64,000 nt of DNA. Source: Bythopirellula sp. (GTDB lineage: Bacteria; Planctomycetota; Planctomycetia; Pirellulales; Lacipirellulaceae). Of the stretch, positions 1 to 10,928 are shown in pieces. Each line of letters opens with the position of its first letter. The stretch's first letter is position 1. A program made the translations under genes and the position numbers. Below the pieces are notes generated by a model that was not told the origin of the DNA, did not search any database, and saw only the letters and a list, made by a program, of their open reading frames with translations. The stretch covers positions 2,048,001 to 2,112,000 of the forward strand of contig OZ244170.1 in assembly GCA_965216565.1 (NCBI GenBank), read 5' to 3'.

Positions 1-1506
1 CCTACCGCCTACCGCGTGTATGCCTCGCGTGATGGTTACGGCTACGCAGGCTACGTAGAAGTGGCCGGAGCGGGTGCCGGTTCGTACACTTTCGATTCCG
101 CCGACTTGGATGACGATCCTTACTATTTCAAAGTCGTGGCCGTCAACAGTGGCGGTGAGTCGCCCCGTAGTCTGGTCGCAGCTGCCCAGAAATCTTCGGT
201 CGTCGGCGCTAAACGCGTCCTCATCCTCCAGGCCTTTGATCGCAACGATCGATTCCTCAATGAACGCTATTCCGATCCCCAATCCAACGATCCAGATGGG
301 CTCGATTTAGTCGATCGCGTTCGACCTCGCTACAACAACACGTTCGACTACTCCATCCAAGTCGCTGAAGCCATCGATGCCACGCCCAATTCACTCCGCA
401 TCGACACTGCCTCGAACGAAGAGTTGCTCGCCGGCGATGTCACGCTGAGCGATTACGATGCCGTATTCTGGACCTCGGGCGAGGAATCTTCCGCCGACGA
501 CACCTTCAATGCCACCGAACAGACGCTTGTTGAAAACTACCTGACTGGTGGAGGCAAGCTGTTTGTTTCGGGAGCAGAGATCGGTTGGGATCTCGATAAT
601 CTCAACAATGGCCGCGATTTTTACAATGATTTCTTGCGGGCCGACTACGTCAGCGACGACGCCGCCACCTACGACGTGCAGGGAGCAGGCGGGTCTATCT
701 TCGCAGGACTTTCGTTCTCGTTCGATGATGGCGATTTGTTTTATGACACGAATTTCCCCGACCGAATCAATCCCTTGGGCGGAGCCACTTCGGCACTGAC
801 CTATGTCGGCGGTCTCGGGGGCAACGCTGCCATTCAGTACGATAGCGGCGCAGCGACCAAAGTGGTCAACTTCGGCTTCCCTTTCGAAACGATTGCTTCC
901 GAAGCAGATCGCAGCCTCGTCATGGAACGAGTGCTCGGTTTCTTCGAACTCGATGTCATCGCCAATGCCGATTTCGACAGTAGCGGGGCCGTCACCGGTC
1001 TTGATTTCCTGGCTTGGCAAATCGGTAACGGCACCACCGGCGGAGCCACATTGGCCGATGGCGATGCCAACGCTGATGGCAACGTCGGTAGCGCGGACTT
1101 AGCTATTTGGGAAGCGCAGTATGGAGCCGCACCGCAAACCGCAGCCATCCAGGCTCCCCTGGCAAGCTCAAGTGCCATCCTTGCCCAGCCGACACAACCT
1201 GGATTCGAAGAAGACAATTCGGGCGGATTCGCCGATACGGTTGATGCGGCTTCTTTGGCCAACGTCGCCCAACGCTTGGCTGATTTGGCGATCGAGAACG
1301 GAGGTGCCGATCCTACCGAATGGATCCTTCCGCCAACGTCTTACGAAGCCCTGCTCGATCGGCAAATAGCCGGGTCCCCAGAGACTTCGCCAACAAGTAC
1401 TGCTGCAGACGAAGAATCATCCCTCAACTCTGAAGACGGAGAAGTGGCACGTCAGGAGGCTTTTGAAGGACTGGATTCAGGTATGCCTCCGCACAGCCTT
1501 GAATGA
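1..1506 (+). CDS. C-terminal part of a secreted protein: fibronectin-III-like segment, alpha/beta domain and dockerin-like repeat (5' truncated by window edge)
   Basis: Frame is open from base 1. FN3-like YYFKVVAVNSGGES; ADFDSSGAVTGLDFLAWQ...DGDANADGNVGSADLAIWEAQYG dockerin-like motif; low-complexity tail. Confidence 0.65.
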   Translation, partial: PTAYRVYASRDGYGYAGYVEVAGAGAGSYTFDSADLDDDPYYFKVVAVNSGGESPRSLVAAAQKSSVVGAKRVLILQAFDRNDRFLNERYSDPQSNDPDGLDLVDRVRPRYNNTFDYSIQVAEAIDATPNSLRIDTASNEELLAGDVTLSDYDAVFWTSGEESSADDTFNATEQTLVENYLTGGGKLFVSGAEIGWDLDNLNNGRDFYNDFLRADYVSDDAATYDVQGAGGSIFAGLSFSFDDGDLFYDTNFPDRINPLGGATSALTYVGGLGGNAAIQYDSGAATKVVNFGFPFETIASEADRSLVMERVLGFFELDVIANADFDSSGAVTGLDFLAWQIGNGTTGGATLADGDANADGNVGSADLAIWEAQYGAAPQTAAIQAPLASSSAILAQPTQPGFEEDNSGGFADTVDAASLANVAQRLADLAIENGGADPTEWILPPTSYEALLDRQIAGSPETSPTSTAADEESSLNSEDGEVARQEAFEGLDSGMPPHSLE

Positions 1507-1842
1507 TCGTAAGGTGTTTCCAAGCCCCTCACATTCTTACAGCGCGAGGAATTTGCTGGCCATCGTCCAGCAGGTCGTGATGCCGCTGCCTGGGCCTCTA
1601 AGCCATAAATCCCACGGAATTGGCTGAAATACGGTCCCTCGCTCTCGATTTGAGCCTGCCTGAGATGTTCGATTGCGCAAAATAGACAAAAAAAGACGCT
1701 CGCACTGTTTGGACTTTTGAGATTCTTTTTTATGATAGAGATAGTTCCAGTGCTAAAGGCTGGGCTGAAAGCCATTTTTGCTTATCGATTTTCTCTGTTT
1801 CACAACCAGTGGTTTATTAACCAAGATTAGGGGAATTGTCTA

Positions 1843-2790
1843 ATGAACGTAGTAAAACTTTTGTCGGCGTGCACTGTTTTTTTTGCGCTATCGCCACTAG
1901 CTGCATCGGCAGCAACCGTTCTCTATCAGGATCAACTCGATGATCCTAACGCCCTAGGTTCGACCTGGGGGAAGAATGCAAGTAGTTCCGACCAGGTTTC
2001 CACTTTCGGCTACAACTACGCCGCGGACGGCATTCCTGAAGCCCCGAACAATCTGGGCGGGGCCGCCACAACTGGCGTAAAAATGGAAGCCAATCTTCTC
2101 TCTCCTGGTACTGGTGAACACTTCACTCTGTATCCTATTGGTGAGAACTTCACGGGGAAGTATCAACTCAGATTCGACGCCTGGCAAAACTTCGAAGACA
2201 ACGCCGGAACAAGCACCGAGTTTATGGGTGGCGGTATTGGCTACGACAACGTAACCGCCGACATTGCCAGTGGTGCCCAAGCAATTGCAACGACAGAAGG
2301 CGGATCCAGCAACGACTGGCGTGCCTTCAAGTCGCCTCCACAGTTCTTCATTCCTGATCCCGACATGGCTGCCGGCACCCATCAGGGCGCTGATCCCTAC
2401 TACGCCGACTTCCTGCCTTCGGTAGCTGCCCCTGCAGCTCAAGGCCAGGTGGGTGGAGTTAGTACCGCCGGTTCGCCCGGGTTCCAGTGGATTACCTGGG
2501 AGTTCAATACGGATGGGAACGATGTTTCTGTTGTTATCGAAAAACCAGACGGAACTCGTCGGCTGATCGTAGAGTACGACAGGACGGATACCAGCGATGG
2601 TTCCGCCGGAGTGAACACCGATGGAAACATCTCGCTGTTCTTCGCCGATTTCTTCTCGTCCGTGTCTCCTCGCCCCGACCTTCAATTCGGCATTGTCGAT
2701 AATGTGATGGTCATGACCATTCCCGAGCCGACCAGCATCGCATTGCTGGGCTTGGGCAGCATTGGCTTGATGCTGCGACGTAGGAAATAG
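1843..2790 (+). CDS. PEP-CTERM surface protein, unknown function
   Basis: Signal peptide; C-terminal IPEPTSIALLGLGSIGLMLRRRK. Confidence 0.9.
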   Translation: MNVVKLLSACTVFFALSPLAASAATVLYQDQLDDPNALGSTWGKNASSSDQVSTFGYNYAADGIPEAPNNLGGAATTGVKMEANLLSPGTGEHFTLYPIGENFTGKYQLRFDAWQNFEDNAGTSTEFMGGGIGYDNVTADIASGAQAIATTEGGSSNDWRAFKSPPQFFIPDPDMAAGTHQGADPYYADFLPSVAAPAAQGQVGGVSTAGSPGFQWITWEFNTDGNDVSVVIEKPDGTRRLIVEYDRTDTSDGSAGVNTDGNISLFFADFFSSVSPRPDLQFGIVDNVMVMTIPEPTSIALLGLGSIGLMLRRRK

Positions 2791-2823
2791 TCGAAGAGAC
2801 AACTAAATTTCAAACCCTACGCA

Positions 2824-2871
2824 TGCGACCCGGCCTGGAGCTTTGGTTCCAGACCGGGTCGCAATTTTTTT
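2824..2871 (+). terminator. Rho-independent terminator
   Basis: TGCGACCCGGCCTGGAGC-tttg-GTTCCAGACCGGGTCGCA hairpin followed by a T run. Confidence 0.8.
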
Positions 2872-3086
2872 GGCTGAATCGAGTCCATGCTGGAATACCT
2901 GGGTGAAGGACTGTCCGGGCAGTAATCTCAGAAATCGAACCTCTTGTAGGGAGGTTTGAGCCTAGACAGGTGCGCATTACCGAGTAAAGACTGCGCTCAT
3001 TTCGATTGCCGCCGATCTGGATTTGGCTCAGAATAGACAAATATCTTCGATACATACGGCAATATAGAGCTTTACGGAACAAAACT

Positions 3087-4211
3087 ATGAACTCATCATC
3101 CGCCAATCTCGTCAGTCGACGGGATCCCCTCTCTTCATCCCGACGTGGTTTCACGCTTGTGGAGCTACTCGTGGTGATCGCCATTATTGGTGTGTTGGTC
3201 GCCCTGCTGCTGCCAGCCGTGCAGGCCGCTCGCGAAGCAGCCCGTCGCATCCAGTGCAGCAACCACCTCCGCCAAATTGGCTTGGCCTGTGCCAACTTCG
3301 AGGTCACCCACAAGCACTACCCCTCAGGTGGCTGGCGATTCAACTGGACTGCCGATCCCGACCGCGGTTACGGTCCCGATCAGCCCGGTTCCTGGATGTA
3401 CAACATTCTCGACTTCATCGAGCAACAGAATCTGCGTCAATTGGGAGCGGGCACCGCCATGAATAGTGCCGCTCGACGCGAGGCCTCTATCCAATTGCAT
3501 CAGACGCCAGTTTCAACCTACAACTGTCCCTCTCGCGGTCGTCCTGCAGTGACTATTGCCAGATGGCTATCTGTCCGAGAGCAAACCTGGTTGGCAAACG
3601 TTGCTCAGAGTGAAGGGATTGTGAAGGCCGACTACGCAGCAAGTTCTGGCGACACTTTGGAGTCGGATGCTTTGAATATGTATGCTCCCAGTTCCTACGC
3701 AGATCAGAGAGACTCACTATGGACCGTAACCAACGACCCCGATCGGCCCACATCCCGAGGACAGCCAGATAACTCCCGTTTTTTCCAGAGTGGTATTATG
3801 TTCTACCGTAGCAAACTGGAAGTGCAGCAGATCGAGGACGGGACGTCAAACACCTACTTGGCAGGAGAGAAATGGGTAAATTCGGACGGCTACGATGGCG
3901 TCATTCAAACGAATTCTCCTGGCTACTCTTGGGGGGATAACCAGTCTATGTACACCGGCTACGATTGGGACAACCAACGGGTGGCCTGGCATCCGGATGC
4001 GGTTGGCGATCAAGAAGACTATCAGCCGTCGCAAGACCGAGCTGGTCTTGGTGCCCCACAACCCGAAGGCAAGTTTGGCAGTGCCCATCCTGGCGGTTTC
4101 AACATGGCCTTCGCAGATGGTTCTGTTCAATGGGTCGCTTTTGATATCGATCCACTCACCCATCGCTGGCAAGCCAATCGCTCTGACGGTCAGGTGATCA
4201 ACCGAGAGTAA
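3087..4211 (+). CDS. DUF1559 prepilin-type N-terminal cleavage/methylation protein
   Basis: [36 protein letters not shown]...C; C-terminal [14 protein letters not shown] (H-X9-DG). Start placed at ATG 3087. Confidence 0.92.
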   Translation: MNSSSANLVSRRDPLSSSRRGFTLVELLVVIAIIGVLVALLLPAVQAAREAARRIQCSNHLRQIGLACANFEVTHKHYPSGGWRFNWTADPDRGYGPDQPGSWMYNILDFIEQQNLRQLGAGTAMNSAARREASIQLHQTPVSTYNCPSRGRPAVTIARWLSVREQTWLANVAQSEGIVKADYAASSGDTLESDALNMYAPSSYADQRDSLWTVTNDPDRPTSRGQPDNSRFFQSGIMFYRSKLEVQQIEDGTSNTYLAGEKWVNSDGYDGVIQTNSPGYSWGDNQSMYTGYDWDNQRVAWHPDAVGDQEDYQPSQDRAGLGAPQPEGKFGSAHPGGFNMAFADGSVQWVAFDIDPLTHRWQANRSDGQVINRE

Positions 4212-4299
4212 GAACAGCCCATCCCTCCCTGATTCAAGCTGTAGTGGGCGGTAGCCGACATCTCGCGCTACGCCATAGAATTAGCGAGGGTTAAAACGA

Positions 4300-4968
4300 C
4301 TACTTCGATTTCACCTTGAAAACGACCCTTTGTTCGACAATTTCAGGGTCGTCCATTGCCACTTGTTGACCAAGAATCGTCTCTTCGTTGAAACGGGCGG
4401 GGATCGTCTCTTTGCCATTCACTTCTTTGGAAATCTTCACCTTGTAGAATCCAAGTTGAATTCCTGGTGGTGTATCAGGAGTCGGTCTGTTCTCCTTGGG
4501 AATTCTTGGCGACACGAGGCCCGTGTATCTCGTCTCAGCAACAGCGGTTTGGATTGAGTCTTTCAGAAACTCCGCGGGTTCAAACGTTACGGTCGCGCCT
4601 TCCAACGGGTGACCATCCATCGTCACAAGACATCGGATCGTAGTCAGTCCAGCTCGTGTTCCCTGCCAGACCAGGATGCGGGCTTCAATCTCGTCTTCCG
4701 AAACCTTGCCATCGCCATCGGTGTCGAGCGTTTCCATAGACGCACTCAAAGCGGGCGTGCTTTCCAATTCCTCACCCGCGATGAACCCATCGCCATCGGA
4801 ATCGTACAATTCCATGGCTTTGGCCGCTGCGTCGTCGGCATCGATCGACGGTGGCATGATTCGCGACGGACCACTGCTACAGCCGACACCAATAACCAGC
4901 CCCAAAGCCAGGCTGCTCACACTGATCCAGCCAACAAGCGGAGATCGAGAATCCGAATACTCATTCAT
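4300..4968 (-). CDS. Lipoprotein with EF-hand pair and carboxypeptidase-regulatory-like domain
   Basis: Lipobox VGC; DSDGDGFIAGEEL and DTDGDGKVSEDEI; VTMDGHPLEGATVTFEP...G.YKVKISK...IPARFN. Confidence 0.75.
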   Translation of the reverse strand: MNEYSDSRSPLVGWISVSSLALGLVIGVGCSSGPSRIMPPSIDADDAAAKAMELYDSDGDGFIAGEELESTPALSASMETLDTDGDGKVSEDEIEARILVWQGTRAGLTTIRCLVTMDGHPLEGATVTFEPAEFLKDSIQTAVAETRYTGLVSPRIPKENRPTPDTPPGIQLGFYKVKISKEVNGKETIPARFNEETILGQQVAMDDPEIVEQRVVFKVKSK

Positions 4969-4994
4969 AGCTTTGCAATCCAAATCTATACTCC

Positions 4995-6959
4995 TCAAAT
5001 CAAACCTAAGGTGTCTTCATTCCAACGCACAAATCCCTCGATCGCTTCATACTCGGCCAAGCCCAGTGCGTCGTAGAGTTCCGCAGTGCGGCGGTTGCGA
5101 TCTTCGGCCCGTTGCCAGAATTCTCGCGGATCGGGCCCAGGAAACAAGGCGCGATCCTTCTGCGATTCGTGCTTAAAGATGGCGTTCCGCTTGCGTAGTA
5201 GTTCCATGGGGCTCAGCGGCACAGCCATCTCGATCTGATGCGGGCTCCATTCCTGCCAGGCACCGCGATACAGCCAGACCTGGCACACGGAGTACCAGTC
5301 GTCCTGCTCCACCTCCTTACAGGCCCTGAGGATCGCACTCAAGCACGTACGGTGCGTACCGTGGGGATCTGACAGATCGCCCGCCGTGTAGATCTGGTGG
5401 GGCTTGAGCTTCCGCATGAGATCGACGGTTAGCTGGATGTCTTCTTCGCTCAGCGGCTTTTTCCGCACGCGACCCGTCTCGTAAAAAGGCATATCCATAA
5501 AGTGCAGTCTCTCGCTCGGGACACCGCAAACCGCAGCCCCTGCCTTGGCTTCGCCGCGGCGAATCATTCCCTTAATCGCCTGCACCGCGTCGCTATCTAC
5601 CTGGCCCGGTTGTTTATTCTCCAGCGAGTCTTGGATATCGGAGAGAATCTCACTTGTGCGGTCCGACGACACGTCAAACGCCTTGCTAAACTCACGGAGG
5701 AAATCGGCCTGAAACTCAACATCCTCGTCGAAGACGGCGATATTTCCGGAGGTTTGATAAGCCACGTGGACTTCGTGCCCCTGATCGGCCAGTCGCCCTA
5801 AGGTGCCTCCCATCGAGATCACGTCATCGTCCGGGTGCGGGGAAAATACTAGAACCCTCTTGGGGAAAATATCTTCGTGTTGCTGCGAACGGTCCCCGGG
5901 CTGACGCTCGTGCTCGGGTTTACCCCCCGGCCAACCGGTAATCGTCGACTGCAAATGTCGGAACACCGCCAAATTGATGTCGTAAGCCGAACCGTGACGA
6001 GCCAGCAACTCCTGCAGACCTTCTTCGTTGTAGTCCTCGACAGTCAGCTTCAGCAGTGGCTTTTGCAGCTTCTCACACAGCCAGATTACGGCTTTGCGGG
6101 TGAGGGCATCGTCCCACTGGCAATCACCCAACATCCAGGGGCAACGATAGCGGGTGAGCCGTTCGGCAGCGGCTTCGTCCAGCACGATCTTAGACTGCGG
6201 ATGCTCCTGCAAAAAGCTGGCCGCGATCGCCTTCGAAACTTCGCCTTCCACCGCTTCCGCCACCACAGGTGCCTTGCCTTCGCCAAAGCCCAGCAAGTAG
6301 ATCTGACGGGCACCTAGGATCGTGCCCACCCCCATGGTGATGGCCCGGCGAGGCACGTTCTCTTCTCCGAAAAAGTCACTAGCCGCGTCGCGACGGGTGA
6401 CTTTGTCTAGCGTAATCAGTCTGGTGCGGCTTTCTCGACCCGAACCAGGTTCGTTGAATCCGATATGGCCGGTTCGACCGATGCCCAACAATTGGATATC
6501 GATTCCCCCCGCGTCGTTTATCGCGGCTTCATATTTCCGGCAATATTCATCGACCTCATCTTCATTATACGTGCCGTCGGGGATGTGGACGTTGCTGGGA
6601 TCGATGTCGATATGGTCGAACAGATGCTCCCACATGAACCGCACATAGCTTTGAAGTGCATCGGGCTCCATGGGGAAGTATTCATCCAAGTTGAACGTCA
6701 CCACATTGCTGAAGCTCAATCCCTCTTCCTGGCAGAGTCGCACTAGTTCGTTATAGACCGATACGGGAGTGCTGCCCGTTGCCAGACCGAGCACGCACTT
6801 CTCACCAGCTTCGCTCCGCTTGCGGATGAGGTCGGCAATTTGAGCGGCTACAAACTTGCTCGCATCCCCGGCATGCTGGAAGACGTGGCACGGCACGCGC
6901 TCCGGTTGTTGCGACGACCCTGCAATGCTTGCAAATTCAATACCGTCGTGAGTCTTCAT
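4995..6959 (-). CDS. nagB: Glucosamine-6-phosphate deaminase fused to PIG-L/LmbE-like domain
   Basis: VLGLATGSTP, TFNLDEY, GIGRTGHIGFNEPGS; C-terminal FSPHPDDDVISMGGT and DPHGTH. Confidence 0.93.
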   Translation of the reverse strand: MKTHDGIEFASIAGSSQQPERVPCHVFQHAGDASKFVAAQIADLIRKRSEAGEKCVLGLATGSTPVSVYNELVRLCQEEGLSFSNVVTFNLDEYFPMEPDALQSYVRFMWEHLFDHIDIDPSNVHIPDGTYNEDEVDEYCRKYEAAINDAGGIDIQLLGIGRTGHIGFNEPGSGRESRTRLITLDKVTRRDAASDFFGEENVPRRAITMGVGTILGARQIYLLGFGEGKAPVVAEAVEGEVSKAIAASFLQEHPQSKIVLDEAAAERLTRYRCPWMLGDCQWDDALTRKAVIWLCEKLQKPLLKLTVEDYNEEGLQELLARHGSAYDINLAVFRHLQSTITGWPGGKPEHERQPGDRSQQHEDIFPKRVLVFSPHPDDDVISMGGTLGRLADQGHEVHVAYQTSGNIAVFDEDVEFQADFLREFSKAFDVSSDRTSEILSDIQDSLENKQPGQVDSDAVQAIKGMIRRGEAKAGAAVCGVPSERLHFMDMPFYETGRVRKKPLSEEDIQLTVDLMRKLKPHQIYTAGDLSDPHGTHRTCLSAILRACKEVEQDDWYSVCQVWLYRGAWQEWSPHQIEMAVPLSPMELLRKRNAIFKHESQKDRALFPGPDPREFWQRAEDRNRRTAELYDALGLAEYEAIEGFVRWNEDTLGLI

Positions 6960-7259
6960 GTTTCAGTTTCCGAGGGGTTCCTATATCGGGAGGCTACTTA
7001 AGAGATGGGCTGCTAGAGACATCTATCGCCAGATGCCACATATACTGAGAATAAACTACTAGCGAGTTCCACACAAACGGTGCAGCGGGGCAGGGTGCGG
7101 TAAATCAGGATAGTTGTCGCGGTCGTTGTGAAGCACGAACCGCTGGAGGCTACGTTTCTGCCTTTCGCGCATCCTGCACATGCCAATGCGCAACGACAAT
7201 GGTGGTATTTTGTACTGATTAGTCCAAGGCTATCGAGCGTCCCCAGCAGCAGAAATTCA

Positions 7260-8180
7260 ATGCCCTCTCATCAGCCATCGCGTCGCAAGTTTCTACTCAC
7301 ATCCACGGCAGGGGCGCTTGCCCTGACGACGACCCAGCTTAGCCAAGCTGAACCTCAACGGTCGGACAGCCTGCCAGCCGAACTTTCCTCTGTCCGCAAG
7401 AAGCAAAGAATTTTCAAATCCGTGAAATGGGGCATGATCGAATCGGACGCTTCAATAGCGGATAAGTTTGCCAAAATGAAATCCTTAGGTTTCGATGGCA
7501 TCGAACTCGAAAGTCCCGGGCTTTTCGACTGGCATGAAATTCTCGCGGCGAGCGAGCAAACCGGCATGCCAGTCCACGGCGTGGTAAACATGCGGCACTG
7601 GAAAGTACGATTGTCGGCACCCAAAGCAAGTCGTCGCGACGAAGCTCGGGAAACGCTCCTGCAGTGTATTTACGAAACCGCTCGTTTCGGAGGAAGTTCG
7701 GTCCTGCTTGTGCCGGGTAAAGTGACGGGGACGAACGAAACGCACGATCACGTCTGGCAGAGGTCGATCGCAGAAATCCGAAAAGTCCTCCCCCTGGCCA
7801 GTCGACTTGGAATACGGGTCCTCATCGAAAACGTTTGGAATGGCTTCTGCGAATCGCCCGAGGTGTTTCGCGATTACCTCGACGAAATCAATAGCCCGTG
7901 GGTCGGTGCCTACTTCGATATTGGCAATGCTCAGAAATTTGCGCCCAGCGAACACTGGATCGAAACCCTTGGTTCCCGCATCGTCAAACTCGACATCAAA
8001 GGCTGGGGATCCGAATCGGGGTTTTGCAAAATCGGCTCCGGCGATATCAATTGGCCTGCAGTCCGCACCGCTCTGACTCGAATCGGCTTCACCGGTTGGG
8101 CAACTGCCGAAGTCAACGGAGGCGGTTGGGATCGGCTCGCAGAAATTGGTTCCAACATGGATACAGCGTTGGGTCTGTAG
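7260..8180 (+). CDS. Tat-exported sugar-phosphate isomerase/epimerase (TIM barrel)
   Basis: SRRKFL Tat motif; GFDGIEL, LIENVWN, YFDIGN, KLDIK, TAEV. Confidence 0.85.
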   Translation: MPSHQPSRRKFLLTSTAGALALTTTQLSQAEPQRSDSLPAELSSVRKKQRIFKSVKWGMIESDASIADKFAKMKSLGFDGIELESPGLFDWHEILAASEQTGMPVHGVVNMRHWKVRLSAPKASRRDEARETLLQCIYETARFGGSSVLLVPGKVTGTNETHDHVWQRSIAEIRKVLPLASRLGIRVLIENVWNGFCESPEVFRDYLDEINSPWVGAYFDIGNAQKFAPSEHWIETLGSRIVKLDIKGWGSESGFCKIGSGDINWPAVRTALTRIGFTGWATAEVNGGGWDRLAEIGSNMDTALGL

Positions 8181-8203
8181 ACGGCAATGATAAATTCGCC
8201 CGA

Positions 8204-9067
8204 CTAGCGGGTGCGGCGTCTAACCGCCGAAACGAAGCCCAAGATCGCCAGCAAAGCAGCGCTTGGCTCCGGCACGTTCGCAATCCGCTCCGACACCTCG
8301 CCGATCACTTGGTTCCAGGGAAAAAACTGGCCGGGATCACTTCGATTCCAAGGTTGCACCTGGCCGTGAGCCACGAGCCCCGGCAAGTTATATCTGTCGT
8401 TGGAAAAATCATAAGCATCGCCGCTGGGATGCTCTAAGGGAATTGCCGGATAGGCCGTTACAATCCAGGCCAGCAAATCGACGAGCGATCCCAAATTATC
8501 TTCGTTCCAAGTGGACGACTGCCCGGCAAATCCCACCATCTCAATTCCAATCGAACGCGAGTTATAGTACGTCGCATGCCAGGCTCGTTTATCCACGTCG
8601 ACCATCTCGTAAATATCTCCGTTGGGAGCAATCACAAAATGTGCGCTCACCTGCGATGCGGTCGAACGAAAAATATCTAGCGTCCCCGCCAGCGACACCT
8701 CCGTCGTATGCATCACCACACTATCAACCGCCGGCACTGCATTGCTGCGCACTCCAAAGTTTGGACTCGGATCAACAATAGTCGCAGGCTTGGGGATCGG
8801 TGTCGGGCCGGGCGTGTACGTCGGACTGCAACGCCCACCTCGCAAATCGCTACCTAATGTAGATTCGCCGCACACCAATGCGAGCGCAATCGCAGCCAAC
8901 AACCGCCATGTGCATCTTTCGCACAATCTGAAGAATGCTCGCAGGGAATTCGATTCCCACCTGGGCCAAAGACTTTGTTCGTGCATGGAAAGCAACCTTA
9001 AAGTGGGTCCACAAAAAAACGCCAGATTCGTCACGGCACTCCAACTCGAAGTTGGACATTCCGTCAC
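8204..9067 (-). CDS. N-acetylmuramoyl-L-alanine amidase (Amidase_2/AmpD-like) with PEP-CTERM tail; true start probably downstream of 9067
   Basis: VVMHTTE, SAHFVI, AWHA, NSRSIGIE, VAHG, RSDPG; ends VPEPSAALLAILGFVSAVRRRTR. Confidence 0.85.
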   Translation of the reverse strand: MTECPTSSWSAVTNLAFFCGPTLRLLSMHEQSLWPRWESNSLRAFFRLCERCTWRLLAAIALALVCGESTLGSDLRGGRCSPTYTPGPTPIPKPATIVDPSPNFGVRSNAVPAVDSVVMHTTEVSLAGTLDIFRSTASQVSAHFVIAPNGDIYEMVDVDKRAWHATYYNSRSIGIEMVGFAGQSSTWNEDNLGSLVDLLAWIVTAYPAIPLEHPSGDAYDFSNDRYNLPGLVAHGQVQPWNRSDPGQFFPWNQVIGEVSERIANVPEPSAALLAILGFVSAVRRRTR

Positions 9068-9256
9068 AAATCTGGCGTTTGTTATTAGGTCGTTACTCTT
9101 GGATAATCTGGCTAGCAGGGCACTCCACGGCGCCTCTTGTTTCCCAGTTATAATCCCGCCTTAACAACGAGTCAACAGATCGAGGGCGGCCCGGCTAACG
9201 CCAAGACCGCCCTCGATGAATTCGCAAAGCCCCCTCTGAGGGGCCTGAAGGTGTTA

Positions 9257-10183
9257 TTAACGCCGGCGCCTCAAGAATCCGCCAGCCAGCATCAGAGCCA
9301 GGAGTCCTGTGGTTGGCTCTGGAACCTGATTCTGGACCAGGGCAGGGTTGGCAGTCAGATTGGGGACCAGCAACCCGCCATCGATCATGCCTAAATCGCT
9401 TACCGCGCCAGAGTTTAAATTGATGGAGACTAGATGGCTATCGTTCGTAGTTAACCAATCGAGAGATGCGAAAGCCAGATTGTTGCCATTGTTCAGAGCA
9501 ACAATCTCAAAACCTACATCAGCGGTGGTATCGACTCCCAATCCTCCGACAGGAGTGAGCGTTCCAGCGTTGAACGCCTGTAGAACCAATCCATCCGTAC
9601 CAGAATCGATGGCATACTGGGTGGTCCCAATCGTCGATCCGCCCAGGCCACTATTCGTGTAAGCTTCGCCAACAATGTTAGGGTTAGGGGTGCCGCCGAC
9701 ATAGGCGACATCAGTCGCAATTAAGATGTCCGTCGTGTCGACATTCACGGCCAAGTTTTGACCTGTGTTGCTGACGATGCGAAGACTGTTCGAACCACTG
9801 GCATCGGCCGAGGGGTTGAAATCGAATCCAAAATTCGTCCCCGAGAGTCCGCCGGCTGCCGCAAAGTTGGGGTCGGCATTAAAGTTGAAAACTGGCGTTG
9901 CCACGGCCACCCCTGGAGGTGCGGGGTCGATCGTGTAGATGTTGCCAAATTCGCCCAAGGCGTAAAGAACGGCAGTGGTGGGTCGATAGTCGATGCCCCG
10001 AATATCCTCGCCAGGAACCAGTCCAGAAATCGCCTTTCCACTAAGCAGTGTACTCGGTGCGGAAGAATCGAAGGTAATCAATTGATTGTCGTCGGTCACG
10101 CCCGTCAGCAGCGCCGCGTAGCTGCTGGAAGCGACAGCCAGAACAGCGATCGCTGTGAAAATTGTTGTTAATGTCCGTTGCAT
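9257..10183 (-). CDS. DUF4394-domain PEP-CTERM protein
   Basis: GIDYRP...LYALG, GFDFNP, LRIVSNTGQNL, AYTNS, YAID; VPEPTTGLLALMLAGGFLRRRR. Confidence 0.85.
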   Translation of the reverse strand: MQRTLTTIFTAIAVLAVASSSYAALLTGVTDDNQLITFDSSAPSTLLSGKAISGLVPGEDIRGIDYRPTTAVLYALGEFGNIYTIDPAPPGVAVATPVFNFNADPNFAAAGGLSGTNFGFDFNPSADASGSNSLRIVSNTGQNLAVNVDTTDILIATDVAYVGGTPNPNIVGEAYTNSGLGGSTIGTTQYAIDSGTDGLVLQAFNAGTLTPVGGLGVDTTADVGFEIVALNNGNNLAFASLDWLTTNDSHLVSINLNSGAVSDLGMIDGGLLVPNLTANPALVQNQVPEPTTGLLALMLAGGFLRRRR

Positions 10184-10299
10184 TAGTTCTACTCCGTTTT
10201 CGCAATTAAATAATGAAAAGATATGTATCGATTACTTCCTGATCGACTGCGGAGCAAACAATGCACCCCACCTACCCAGAAATTGTTCCTACCGACAAT

Positions 10300-10325
10300 T
10301 ACGAGAACCGTGCGGACGCGGATGC
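10300..10325 (-). promoter_or_regulatory. Putative ECF promoter, motif 1 (GCATCC-N16-CGTA), for the DUF4394 gene
   Basis: Same motif and spacing at 15362-15387 and 18603-18628. Confidence 0.65.
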
Positions 10326-10540
10326 AAAAAATACTTCGAAAACACGCTTCAGCCACGAAAATCCGCCAAGATGCTGTATTCGTGGCAGCTTGGGAGTAGG
10401 CCGCACCGTTTACTGTCGCTTTACAGACAACCCCGCGTAGTTTCAACGAGGTTTGCAAGCAGCGTGTGACAGAATGTCACAGCGAGACTTCAACCAGACT
10501 CGGAGCCCGTCGCGATGGCCAAGCTCAAGTGCGCGAGCAA

Positions 10541-10604
10541 GGGTGCCATGGCCACGCGGAAACTTGCGGCAGTCTTAGCTAACTCGCAGCGTAACGAACA
10601 TGCC
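10541..10604. repeat. Repeat A, left part (A1); joined through TGCCC to the linker preceding repeat B
   Basis: Near-identical to the starts of 10777-10928 and 13593-13744. Confidence 0.85.
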
Positions 10605-10642
10605 CTGGGTGAAGAGACTGAGACAATATCGAACTATCTGCC

Positions 10643-10729
10643 GTAGGGTGGCGCCGTTAGGCCCACCGATAGTAAAACCACTGCAACAACCGACACGGTG
10701 TGCCGCCGCGCTGCTTTGGCACACCCTAT
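10643..10729. repeat. Repeat B1: 87-bp GTAG-type REP inverted doublet (REPIN-like)
   Basis: GTAGGGTG...CACCCTA(T); each half is GTAG plus a hairpin; copies at 12535 and 13797. Confidence 0.85.
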
Positions 10730-10776
10730 CTTCCTGGCCGGTAAGCGGCCCGCGACTCAACCCGACGATCAGAGCC

Positions 10777-10928
10777 GGGTGCCATGGCCACGCGAAAACT
10801 TGCGGCAGTCTTACCTGACTCGCAGCGTAACGAACATGCCCACGCGATACCGTAGAAACAGGCAGCGTGGCCATGCGCTTCGACCAGGAAACGTCTGCAG
10901 GCTCTTCTCTAGCGTTGGCATGGCACCC
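10777..10928. repeat. Repeat A2: 152-bp MITE/REP-like element with terminal inverted repeats
   Basis: GGGTGCCATGGCCACGC...GCGTTGGCATGGCACCC; four CATG(G/C)CCACGC-like motifs oriented > > < <. Confidence 0.85.
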
